From Candidatus Methylomirabilis oxygeniifera (lineage in GTDB: Bacteria; Methylomirabilota; Methylomirabilia; Methylomirabilales; Methylomirabilaceae): 32,000 nucleotides of DNA. Of this stretch, positions 7,342 to 15,787 are shown in pieces; the stretch's first letter is position 1, and each line of letters starts with the position of its first letter. The notes below the pieces were generated by a model. The model did not search any database. It saw nothing but the letters and a program-made list of their open reading frames with translations, and was not told where the DNA came from. The stretch spans positions 390,001-422,000 of the forward strand of contig FP565575.1 of NCBI GenBank assembly GCA_000091165.1, written 5' to 3'. Both the position numbers and the translations under genes were made by a program.

Positions 7342-8256
7342 ATGGAGATTAATGGCGTTCATATCGATGAGACATACGCAGAGGCATTCGGCGCCTATGC
7401 CGGTCGGGTAACGATTACCGCGTGCAGTAAGACGTGGGCCTACGAGGCAGCTCGGAGCATGACGGGCTTCGGGACCTCGGTGATCGGCTGTGGTTGCGAG
7501 GTGGCCATTGAAGGGATCGAGCCGACGGACACGCCGGACGACCGCCCCGGCGTGAGTGTGTTGCTGTTTGCCATGTCAAAAAAGGCAGTTCAGGAGCAAC
7601 TCATCAATCGGATCGGTCAGTGTGTGATGACCGCTCCTACCTCGGCCTGTTATAACGCCCTGGAGGCGGAAGATCGCCTGTCGATCGGGGGCAAGCTCAA
7701 ATTCTTTGGAGATGGATTTCAGATCAGTAAGCGGCTTGACTCACAGATAACCGAAAACGGGAGCGGTCCGCGGCGCTTTTGGCGGATTCCTGTGATGGAC
7801 GGCGAGTTCATTGTTGAAGACCGTTTCGGGGTGAAAAAGGGGGTAGCCGGAGGCAACTTCTTACTGCTGGGGCGCGGACTGCCGGAGACCTTGCAGGCTG
7901 CGGAGCGGGCGATCGAGGTGATGCGAAAGGTGTCGGGCGTCATTATGCCGTTCCCCGGCGGCGTCGTGAGATCCGGCAGTAAGGTCGGTTCGCGCTATAA
8001 GTTCCTCAATGCCTCAAGCAACACCGCCTTCTGCCCGTCGCTGAGAGGGTCGGTCAAGAGCGACCTGCCGGAAGGGGTTGGAGCGGTTCTCGAGATTGTC
8101 ATTGATGGCCTGACGCCGGAGGCGGTGGGAGAGGCGATGCGGGTTGGTATTCGGGCCGCGTGCGGTCCGGGTATCGTGAAGATCTCCGCCGGCAACTACG
8201 GTGGAAAGTTAGGCAAACATCACTTTCACCTCCATCAGCTATTAGCTGAGGGCTGA
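7342..8256 (+). CDS. fhcD: Formylmethanofuran:tetrahydromethanopterin N-formyltransferase (Ftr; FhcD)
   Basis: 304 aa. N-terminus IDETYAEAFG...GRVTITA and overall Ftr-like sequence. Lies within the fhc cluster. Confidence 0.92.
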   Translation: MEINGVHIDETYAEAFGAYAGRVTITACSKTWAYEAARSMTGFGTSVIGCGCEVAIEGIEPTDTPDDRPGVSVLLFAMSKKAVQEQLINRIGQCVMTAPTSACYNALEAEDRLSIGGKLKFFGDGFQISKRLDSQITENGSGPRRFWRIPVMDGEFIVEDRFGVKKGVAGGNFLLLGRGLPETLQAAERAIEVMRKVSGVIMPFPGGVVRSGSKVGSRYKFLNASSNTAFCPSLRGSVKSDLPEGVGAVLEIVIDGLTPEAVGEAMRVGIRAACGPGIVKISAGNYGGKLGKHHFHLHQLLAEG

Positions 8257-8289
8257 TCGCTGACGGCTCACTTGTGAAAAGAGGGTAGC

Positions 8290-9099
8290 ATGTCACCAGT
8301 CGTGCTTCGCATGAAAGCGGCCCCAACGAATATTCCACTTGAGGCGGAGTCGATCTCGCCCGATCTGTTCGTGCAGCGCAGTCAGGGGGAGATTGAGTCC
8401 ATGCCCGTTGCGTTGGGAAACGAGACCTACCGGCTTGGCGACTTCTTCACGGTTGAAGGAGAGCGCTCGGATGAGATCGTTCTAGAGGGCTGTACGGAAC
8501 GGGTCAAGTGGGTCGGTTCAGGGATGACGCGCGGTCGAATCGTGATCCGCGGCGACGTCGGGATGCACGCCGGATCGTACATGCAGGGCGGCGAGATCCT
8601 CGTCGAAGGGAATGCAGACGACTTTCTTGGCGTTGAAATGCAGGGCGGACTGATCCGGGTGAAGGGTAATGCGCGGCATCGGGTTGGGGCTGCCTATCGT
8701 GGGAGCAAGTACGGCATGCAGGGCGGGACCATCCTAGTCGACGGTAACGTCGGGCACGAAGTGGGCGCCTATATGCGGAGAGGTCTCCTCGTCATCAAGG
8801 GGAACGCCGAGGATTTCTTGGGGGCCATGATGATGACCGGAACGATCTGCCTCTTCGGCCAGGCAGGCATCAGAACAGGAGGCGGAATGCAGAAGGGGAC
8901 CATCGTCTGCATGCGTCCCGTCGATCTACTGCCGACCTTCGCCTACGACTGCACCTATGCGCCGGTCTTTCTCCGAATTTTGTTTAAGGAGCTGAAGCGC
9001 CTGGGGGTAGCGTGTCCCGCTCAGGCAGACGGACTCTTCCGACGCTATCACGGCGACATTGCCGATGTTGGAAAAGGCGAAATCCTGATCGCTGCGTAA
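8290..9099 (+). CDS. fhcC: Formyltransferase/hydrolase complex subunit C (FwdC-like, glycine-rich beta-helix repeats)
   Basis: Repeated G..G.I.V.GN......G motifs (IVIRGDVG, ILVEGNAD, IRVKGNAR, ILVDGNVG, LVIKGNAE), typical of FwdC and the GltB C-terminal domain. Confidence 0.9.
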   Translation: MSPVVLRMKAAPTNIPLEAESISPDLFVQRSQGEIESMPVALGNETYRLGDFFTVEGERSDEIVLEGCTERVKWVGSGMTRGRIVIRGDVGMHAGSYMQGGEILVEGNADDFLGVEMQGGLIRVKGNARHRVGAAYRGSKYGMQGGTILVDGNVGHEVGAYMRRGLLVIKGNAEDFLGAMMMTGTICLFGQAGIRTGGGMQKGTIVCMRPVDLLPTFAYDCTYAPVFLRILFKELKRLGVACPAQADGLFRRYHGDIADVGKGEILIAA

Positions 9100-9112
9100 G
9101 GAGGACACGATC

Positions 9113-10063
9113 GTGTCGCTGAGTATGAATCGCCAAGCCTGCGAGATTCTCGATCGAATGGCCGAGCAGCCGGAAGCGCTCGGCATCTCCATCTCGACAC
9201 TGACGAACGGCGCCAGAGTTGTGGATATGGGGGTCAAGGCGCCTGGCGGCCTGCTCGCGGGGAAGGGGCTGGCGGAGATCTGCCTTGGTGGGCTGGGAGA
9301 GGTCGCGTTCCTTCCGCTTCACTACGGCGACTTCTCGACTCCGGGTATCAGTGTCGCGATCGACAGCCCGCTACGACCCTGCCTCGGCTCACAGTACGCC
9401 GGCTGGAAGATCCATCGCGGGAAGTTTTTTGCGATGGGGTCCGGTCCGGCCAGGGCGCTGGCGAGGACCGAGGAGCTGTTTGAGACGATTCGTATCCGGG
9501 ACGACCACGACTCGGCAGTCCTCGTACTGGAAAGCGGCCGCCTGCCCGCTGAGGAGGTCGCCGATTACGTAGCGGAGAAATGCGGCATCAAGCCTGATCG
9601 GGTCTCCCTGGCGGTCGCTTCCACGCGAAGCGTTGCCGGGGGGGCGCAGATCGCGGCGCGCTCCGTAGAAACCGCGATGCACAAACTGATGGAGTTGGGT
9701 TTCGACGTGACCAAGGTACTCAGCGGCTTCGGCACCTGCCCCATTGCCACGCCTGCTGCGGACGATATGGCGGCGATCGGGCGAACCAACGATTGTGTCT
9801 TGTACGGTTGCGAGGTGTTCTTAACGATTTCGGCGACCGATGCCGAGATCGAGACGTTCATTGAGAAGATTCCCTCCTGCTCGTCTCGGGACTACGGCCA
9901 GTTGTTCGGAGACCTCTTTAAGCGTTACGATGGCGACTTCTATAAAATCGATCCGTTCCTTTTTAGTCCCGCCAAGATTACCATTACCAACGCCGCCAGC
10001 GGTCGAACCTATCGGGCCGGGCGCTTCAATGCCGAACTGCTTCAGACCTCTCTCCTGAGTTAA
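9113..10063 (+). CDS. mch: Methenyltetrahydromethanopterin cyclohydrolase
   Basis: 316 aa, Mch-like throughout. GTG start with AAGGAGGA upstream. Position directly after the fhc genes. Confidence 0.92.
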   Translation: MSLSMNRQACEILDRMAEQPEALGISISTLTNGARVVDMGVKAPGGLLAGKGLAEICLGGLGEVAFLPLHYGDFSTPGISVAIDSPLRPCLGSQYAGWKIHRGKFFAMGSGPARALARTEELFETIRIRDDHDSAVLVLESGRLPAEEVADYVAEKCGIKPDRVSLAVASTRSVAGGAQIAARSVETAMHKLMELGFDVTKVLSGFGTCPIATPAADDMAAIGRTNDCVLYGCEVFLTISATDAEIETFIEKIPSCSSRDYGQLFGDLFKRYDGDFYKIDPFLFSPAKITITNAASGRTYRAGRFNAELLQTSLLS

Positions 10064-10131
10064 CGACCGTTAGGCGGAGGGCGTGAGGCGTAAATAGTGA
10101 GGCGATGATGCCCACGTTGTTTATTTCTGAC

Positions 10132-10145
10132 CCCTCACCCCTCAC
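10132..10145 (+). repeat. Heptanucleotide repeat CCCTCAC x2, with inverted GTGAGGCG copies at 10083-10090 and 10097-10104
   Basis: Read directly from the sequence. Member of the CCYNCAC array family also seen at 11039, 19053 and 29438. Confidence 0.6.
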
Positions 10146-10161
10146 GTTTCCCGTTTCTCGC

Positions 10162-11037
10162 ATGAGAATCGGGATCCTGGCCGACAGAAACGGGTGGCAC
10201 GTCGAGGTACTGGCGAAGGCGCTGGCGCGACGCGGCTGCCAGGCCGACTTCCTGCCGATTACCCGACTGGTGGCCCGTGTCCCCGCCGATCCGCTTGTCG
10301 CGATCAACGGCCAATCCCTCGAATCGTACGATGCGCTGCTGATCCGGACGATCCCGGAAGGGTCGCTGGAGCAGATCATCTTCAGGATGAATGCGCTGCA
10401 CCGGTTGGAAGCGGCCGGTGTGCGGATCATGAACCGACCCAGCCCGCTGGAACAGACTGTCGATAAGTACTATACGTCCAGTCTGCTCGCGTCGCGCGGC
10501 CTGCCGACCCCGCGGACAATAGTCGCCGAAGGGTTCGACGAGGCGATGGCGGCGTTGTGCGAGCTCGGCGATGTGGTGGTGAAGCCGCTCTTTGGCGCCG
10601 GGGGACGAGGGATGGTGCGGGTGTGCGACGCCGACGTCGCCTATCGAGTCTTTCGCGCGCTTGCGCTGACTCGGAGCATCTTCTACATCCAGGAGTTTGT
10701 CCCGCATGGCGATTACGATCTCAGGGGTCTGGTGATAGGGGATCGTGTTGTTGCGGCCATGCGCCGACGGTCTGATGGGTGGCGGCATAATGTCTCTCAG
10801 GGCGCGCAGCCGGAGCCGATCGTCATGGACGAGGAAGCGACCAGACTCTGTCTTGAGGCCAGTCGACTGCTTGAGACCGATTATGCCGGGATCGATCTGT
10901 TGAAGACTGATAAGGGATATACGGTAGTCGAGGTCAACAGTATCCCCGGCTGGTCCGGCCTGCAGCGAACGACTGAAATCGATCTCGCCCAGGAGATCGC
11001 CGACCACCTGGTGAGTTTATTGGAACGCCTATGCTGA
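10162..11037 (+). CDS. RimK-family ATP-grasp ligase of the H4MPT/methanofuran cofactor-biosynthesis type (MptN / orf5-like glutamate ligase)
   Basis: ATP-grasp motifs (VVKPLFGAGGRGM, YIQEF, DLRGLVIGD, VEVNSIPGW). The family normally starts M(K/R)IGIL, which matches the ATG at 10162. The ATGs at 10105/10108 (track start) remain possible because a GAGG lies just upstream. Confidence 0.8.
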   Translation: MRIGILADRNGWHVEVLAKALARRGCQADFLPITRLVARVPADPLVAINGQSLESYDALLIRTIPEGSLEQIIFRMNALHRLEAAGVRIMNRPSPLEQTVDKYYTSSLLASRGLPTPRTIVAEGFDEAMAALCELGDVVVKPLFGAGGRGMVRVCDADVAYRVFRALALTRSIFYIQEFVPHGDYDLRGLVIGDRVVAAMRRRSDGWRHNVSQGAQPEPIVMDEEATRLCLEASRLLETDYAGIDLLKTDKGYTVVEVNSIPGWSGLQRTTEIDLAQEIADHLVSLLERLC

Positions 11038-11933
11038 GCCCACACCCCACACCCTCCACCCTATACCCTGATAAGGTGTCTCTTGCCGCCCAGCTCGCCT
11101 GTTTGCTGGAGGTCAGCGCCGATAAGCCCGGGAACGTCACTCCGTTTGCCGATTTCGCCGACACTCGCTACACCGACTTTCTGGCGAGTTCCGTCATTCT
11201 GGGGCAGGTCCTGCGAAAGGTTGCAACGCGTGCGACCGGCACGCTGGTCTTCGACGCGGTTCGACAGACGAGACGACTGATCGACCGGAATACCAATCTG
11301 GGCATTGCACTCCTCTTTGCCCCCCTGGCAAAGGCGGCCCTGCGGAAGGGGCGTCGATCTCTCCGGTCCAGCCTTCACAGCGTCCTGGCCGCCCTTACCC
11401 CGTATGATGGTCAACGGATCTATGAGGCGATTCGTCTGGCTGAGCCAGGAGGCCTTGGACAGGCGGATCGGTTGGATGTCCGAGCGACCCATGGCAGGGT
11501 CCCACTCCTTGAGGCGATGCGCGCCGCGGCCGATCGGGACTCGATCGCGCGCGAGTATGTCACCGATTTCGAGCTTACCTTCACCATCGGCGCTCCGACC
11601 CTCGATTGTTCGCTCCAGGAGTTGGGCGACTCGGAAGCCTCGGTCATCCAGACCTACCTGACGATCCTCTCTCGCGTGCCGGACTCCCTCGTCGCGCGCA
11701 AATGCGGGGTGCGTGAGGCCGCCAGGATCTCACGGGAGGCGGAAAGGATTCTGGCCATCGGAGGGGTATGTACTGAGCAGGGGTGGCGCAGGCTTCGACG
11801 ATGGGACGTCGCCCTCCGCAAGGACGGGAACCGTCTCAATCCAGGCACAACGGCCGACCTGACCGCCTCGGCGCTCTTTGTGGTGGCGTTAGAGCACGGG
11901 GTCGAATGTCTGCTGGGTCGCAGCGCACGCTGA
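11031..11933 (+). CDS. Triphosphoribosyl-dephospho-CoA synthase (CitG/MdcB)-like protein, methylotroph orf7-type H4MPT-linked gene
   Basis: CitG-like N-terminal core LLEVSADKPGNV, and NPGTTADL near the C-terminus. The ATG overlaps the upstream stop (ATGCTGA). The first 15 codons are made of the heptamer array, so the true start may be GTG near 11076. Confidence 0.75.
   Translation: MLSPHPTPSTLYPDKVSLAAQLACLLEVSADKPGNVTPFADFADTRYTDFLASSVILGQVLRKVATRATGTLVFDAVRQTRRLIDRNTNLGIALLFAPLAKAALRKGRRSLRSSLHSVLAALTPYDGQRIYEAIRLAEPGGLGQADRLDVRATHGRVPLLEAMRAAADRDSIAREYVTDFELTFTIGAPTLDCSLQELGDSEASVIQTYLTILSRVPDSLVARKCGVREAARISREAERILAIGGVCTEQGWRRLRRWDVALRKDGNRLNPGTTADLTASALFVVALEHGVECLLGRSAR
11039..11066 (+). 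repeat. Heptanucleotide array CCCACAC CCCACAC CCTCCAC CCTATAC
   Basis: Read directly from the sequence. The complement GGGTGGAGGGTGTGGGGTGTGGG has four G3+ tracts. Confidence 0.7.
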
Positions 11934-12037
11934 GATACGCGGTCCACTCGACAGCGCCTTGACCGTCGTTCCTCATCACCTCTGTCATGCCCTCGTGCCC
12001 AATTCACAACCGCTCTCATATGTAGGCCGCGCACATC

Positions 12038-12066
12038 TTGTCCACAACACCGTTCTATACTATAGT
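12038..12066 (+). promoter_or_regulatory. Possible promoter for the acetyltransferase gene (TTGTCC-17 nt-TATAGT) in an AT-rich spacer
   Basis: Motif spacing read from the sequence. Several alternative -10 hexamers lie nearby. Confidence 0.3.
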
Positions 12067-12132
12067 TCGCCATATATTATTGTAAGATAATCGCCACTGT
12101 ACCGTGGCAACGAACACTCGAACGGGACGGGT

Positions 12133-14799
12133 ATGAACGGTCTGGACAAAATATTCAGCCCGAAGACCATTGCCGTTATCGGCGCCTCTGAGAATACAGG
12201 GTCTGTAGGACGGGCGATCATGGAAAACCTCTTTACGCAAAAGACGGCGTCGATCTTTCCGGTCAATCCAAAACGGAAAAAGATCCTGGGGATGGATGCC
12301 TATGCCAGGGTTGCCGCAGTCCCGGAGCCGATCGATCTTGCGGTGATTGCGACGCCTGCGCCCACAGTTCCCGACCTTGTCAGCGAGTGCGGAGAGGCGG
12401 GAGTAGGGGGGCTCGTCATCATCTCCGCGGGGTTCAAGGAGATCGGCGAAAAAGGCAAAGGACTGGAGGACCGGATCCAGGCGACTCGGAAACGGTACGG
12501 CATGAGAATCATCGGGCCCAATTGTCTCGGTGTCATCCGGCCCATGACGGGGTTGAACGCCTCTTTTCTGAACGTCCGCCCTGAAGCGGGGCGGATCGCC
12601 TTTATCTCGCAGAGCGGGGCGCTGGGGAGTGCCATTCTCGACTGGGCCATGCATGCGCATATCGGCTTCAGCCTCTTTGCCTCCCTCGGCTCCATGATGG
12701 ATGTCGATTTCGGGGACCTGATCGATTTCCTGGGCGACGACCCGAATACCAAAAGCATCATGCTCTATATGGAGGGGATCGGAAATGCGAAGAAGTTCAT
12801 CAGCGCCGCAAAGGGATTCGCAAGGAATAAACCGATCATCGTGTTGAAACCAGGCAGATTCGCCGAGAGCGCCAGGGCCGCGTTCTCTCATACCGGGTCG
12901 ATGGGGGGTGAAGATCGAACATGCGATGCCGCCTTCAAACGGGTTGGTGTGGTCAGGGTGAGAGATATTGCCGATCTGTTTAATGTGGCGGAGGTCCTGC
13001 ACGCCAAGCACCTCCCGAAAGGATCCGAGATTGCGATCGTCACCAATGCAGGCGGAGCCGGGGTGATCGCGACGGACACGTTAATGGGGTTGGGCGGACG
13101 GCTCGCACGACTGACGGATGACAGCATCAGAATGCTGAACGATCATCTCCCCGCGTATTGGAGCAAGGCCAATCCGGTGGATGTCCTGGGGGATGCGGAT
13201 ATAGGGCGATACGAGACGGCCGTTACGACCTGCCTGGACGATCCCGGCGTCAAGGGTGTGATTACAATCTATACGCCGCAGGGGTCGGCGCAGCCCGACG
13301 AACTCGCAACGCGCTTCACGGCGATCGCCGATCAAAGCCATAAACCGTTTATCACCGTATGGATGGGCGGAGAACGTGTCGAAGGCGCGCGGAGGATCAC
13401 CCTCCAGCATAACATCCCGACGTATGACACTCCGGAAGAGGCCGTCAAGACCTACCTCTACATGTACCGGTACGGACGGAATCTCGAACTCCTGTATGAA
13501 ACCCCCGGGCCATTGCCGGTGGACCAGGCGCCTCCCAAACATAACCTGAAGGCATTTATCGCAGAGCTCTATAAGGAGGGCAGGACGCTCCTGACGGAGA
13601 AAGAATCGAAGCGGTTTCTCGTGAATTACGGCATTCCCACCGTCAAACCGTATCTGACGAAGAATCTGGAGGAAGCCCTGAGTGTGGCGAACTCGGTCGG
13701 ATATCCGGTTGTCCTGAAGATTGTGTCCCCCGATATCCTTCATAAAAGTGACGTCGGCGGTGTCGTGACAGGGATTGATTCCGACCGGGAGCTGAAGAGC
13801 GAATATGGACATCTGATCAAACGGGTTCAGAAGAAAGCTCCGCAGGCGACTATCTCCGGGATCTCCGTTCAGCAGATGGTGGAAAAGGTCGATTACGAGC
13901 TGATCCTCGGCATGAAAAAGGATAAAGACTTCGGGTCGGTCATTCTCTTCGGCATGGGAGGGATCGGGGTTGAGATGTTTCAGGACTTCTCTATCGGTCT
14001 ACCCCCGTTGAACCAGACCCTGGCGAGACGACTGATGGAAGAGACGAAGGTCTTTCGGATGATCCAGGGCTATCGGGGGAGGCCCGCTGCGGACATGACG
14101 CAGTTGGAGCAGATTCTGGTGAGCTTTTCCAATCTGGTCATCGATTTTCCGGAGATTGCCGAGATCGATATCAATCCTCTCGCCATCTCCGAAGGGAAGG
14201 CCTGCGCCCTTGATGCCAGAATCGTTCTCGATCAACACGCCGTCGGGTACACCGGCGCGTATCCCCATCTCGTGATCACCCCGTATCCCGCGCGATATGT
14301 GATCCCATGGCGATTAACCGACGGGACCGAGGTGCTCCTGAGGCCGATCCGGCCGGAGGACGAACCGCTGGAACGTGAGATGCTCTCGACCCTGTCTGAA
14401 GAGGCGTTGCGGGGGAGATTCTTTCAGGTCATCAAGAAGATCACCCATGAGATGCTGATTCGGTTCTGCAACATCGATTACGACCGGGAGATGGCGATCG
14501 TCGCGGAGCTGAGACAAGGGGAGAAAAGACGGATCATCGGCATCGGCAGGTTGATCATCGAACCGGACGGCAAGAGCGGCGAATTTGCCGTCGTGGTGCA
14601 CGATGATTTTCAGGGCAAGGGCCTCGGTTACAAGCTGGTGGACATGCTGATCGGCGTTGCCCAGGATAAGGGACTGGGGGAGGTGACCGGTACCGTCCTC
14701 ACCGACAACACGAGTATGCTTCGGGTGTGTGAGACCCTCGGGTTCAAGATCGGCCATCAGCCTGAAGGGGTGAGCAAGGTTAGGCTAGTGTTGAAGTAA
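12133..14799 (+). CDS. pat: Pat/YfiQ-type protein lysine acetyltransferase (NDP-forming acyl-CoA synthetase-like domains fused to a C-terminal GNAT domain)
   Basis: 888 aa. N-terminal CoA-binding segment (IAVIGAS...GSVG), a succinyl-CoA-synthetase-like flavodoxin domain, an ATP-grasp domain (YPVVLKIVSPDILHKSDVGGV), and C-terminal GNAT motif A (VHDDFQGKGLGYKL). Confidence 0.85.
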   Translation: MNGLDKIFSPKTIAVIGASENTGSVGRAIMENLFTQKTASIFPVNPKRKKILGMDAYARVAAVPEPIDLAVIATPAPTVPDLVSECGEAGVGGLVIISAGFKEIGEKGKGLEDRIQATRKRYGMRIIGPNCLGVIRPMTGLNASFLNVRPEAGRIAFISQSGALGSAILDWAMHAHIGFSLFASLGSMMDVDFGDLIDFLGDDPNTKSIMLYMEGIGNAKKFISAAKGFARNKPIIVLKPGRFAESARAAFSHTGSMGGEDRTCDAAFKRVGVVRVRDIADLFNVAEVLHAKHLPKGSEIAIVTNAGGAGVIATDTLMGLGGRLARLTDDSIRMLNDHLPAYWSKANPVDVLGDADIGRYETAVTTCLDDPGVKGVITIYTPQGSAQPDELATRFTAIADQSHKPFITVWMGGERVEGARRITLQHNIPTYDTPEEAVKTYLYMYRYGRNLELLYETPGPLPVDQAPPKHNLKAFIAELYKEGRTLLTEKESKRFLVNYGIPTVKPYLTKNLEEALSVANSVGYPVVLKIVSPDILHKSDVGGVVTGIDSDRELKSEYGHLIKRVQKKAPQATISGISVQQMVEKVDYELILGMKKDKDFGSVILFGMGGIGVEMFQDFSIGLPPLNQTLARRLMEETKVFRMIQGYRGRPAADMTQLEQILVSFSNLVIDFPEIAEIDINPLAISEGKACALDARIVLDQHAVGYTGAYPHLVITPYPARYVIPWRLTDGTEVLLRPIRPEDEPLEREMLSTLSEEALRGRFFQVIKKITHEMLIRFCNIDYDREMAIVAELRQGEKRRIIGIGRLIIEPDGKSGEFAVVVHDDFQGKGLGYKLVDMLIGVAQDKGLGEVTGTVLTDNTSMLRVCETLGFKIGHQPEGVSKVRLVLK

Positions 14800-14824
14800 G
14801 ACGAGAAACACCTCTTGCCTCGTC
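14800..14824. terminator. Weak hairpin between convergent genes (GACGAG-13 nt-CTCGTC)
   Basis: 6-bp stem only and no clear U-tract. Listed as a possible bidirectional terminator. Confidence 0.25.
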
Positions 14825-14836
14825 GTCCCGGGCCGG

Positions 14837-15787
14837 CTATGCGAGTTGATGGGTCTCCGATCTGGAGGTCTGGCGACCAAAGAACTCAATCAGGTGGTCG
14901 GCAACGGCTTTTTTCTGCTTATCCACCGTGATCACATGGTAGCAGTCATCGAGTAAGATCAGGCGCTTCCGTATTGAAGCGATGCCGTTGTGCACTAGTT
15001 CGCCATTACGAGGGCCGGTGATGTCGTCTTCGCGAGCCTGGAGGATCAAGGTGGGCGCCGTCACCTCACCCAAGCGACGACGGACGAGCGTGGAGAGCCG
15101 ATCTATATTGGTCAAGGTCTTCAACGGAAAGATCGGATACCCCATCGTGGCTGCCAAAGGGGCACTGATCGCCTGGTCGGCAGCATGGGTCATGCGAGTC
15201 CACAAACCCATGATCCATCGACGCAGGAGCGAAACGGAACCATACGACGCCCGCTTGTGGGCCTGAAGCCGTCTCTCCTTAATTCCAAAGGGTGGACCAT
15301 CCTGGTGGAAGAGGAGATAGCCCAAAGGAGCCACCTCCATAACAAAGGGCAAGAGTGCTCTGGTCCAAGGCGTCTTCCACCCATCATAAAAAAAGGTGGG
15401 CGAGAAGACTCCAAGTCCATCAACATTCACGGTCAGTGAGGAGTCCAACGCCAGGAGTCCTCCCGCGCTCAGGCCGGCCACATAGAGGCGGTCGTACCGT
15501 TCGCGTACGAAGGCAAGTTGCGCCTTCACGTGCGCGATCCAGTCCTCCTCGGACGTTCTCATCAGGTCCCTGAGCCGCGTACAGTGGCCCGGGAGGGTTG
15601 TGGCATAGACGTCCCATCCGTGGCGCGCCAACCGCCGTCCAAGGTAGCCCATCTCGACCGGTGTCCCTGTGACACCGTGAATCAGATATACCAAGGTACG
15701 TGAGTCGGTGTGGAAGGCGAGGTCGGTCGGTTGGCGGCCGACCATCTCATCAAGAGGACCAGACTGCGTGGTCAGTCGTCGGCTCAT
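14837..15787 (-). CDS. Alpha/beta-fold hydrolase (esterase/lipase-like, GLSAG nucleophile elbow)
   Basis: Motifs HGVTGTP, GLSAGG, and a late D...H. I prefer the ATG at 15787, which forms an ATGA overlap with the upstream aminotransferase stop. The track start at 15868 would overlap that gene by 85 nt. Confidence 0.75.
   Translation of the reverse strand: MSRRLTTQSGPLDEMVGRQPTDLAFHTDSRTLVYLIHGVTGTPVEMGYLGRRLARHGWDVYATTLPGHCTRLRDLMRTSEEDWIAHVKAQLAFVRERYDRLYVAGLSAGGLLALDSSLTVNVDGLGVFSPTFFYDGWKTPWTRALLPFVMEVAPLGYLLFHQDGPPFGIKERRLQAHKRASYGSVSLLRRWIMGLWTRMTHAADQAISAPLAATMGYPIFPLKTLTNIDRLSTLVRRRLGEVTAPTLILQAREDDITGPRNGELVHNGIASIRKRLILLDDCYHVITVDKQKKAVADHLIEFFGRQTSRSETHQLA

Noticed and set aside
6499-7362. 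Long minus-strand ORF (287 aa) antisense to fhcA. Similar long antisense ORFs lie at 10135..11007, 12055..13011, 13081..13812 and 26880..27899.
   Set aside because: Each lies fully inside a plus-strand gene with clear family motifs. Their products are Arg/Pro/Gly-rich and low in complexity, as expected for shadow ORFs in GC-rich DNA. No recognisable domains.
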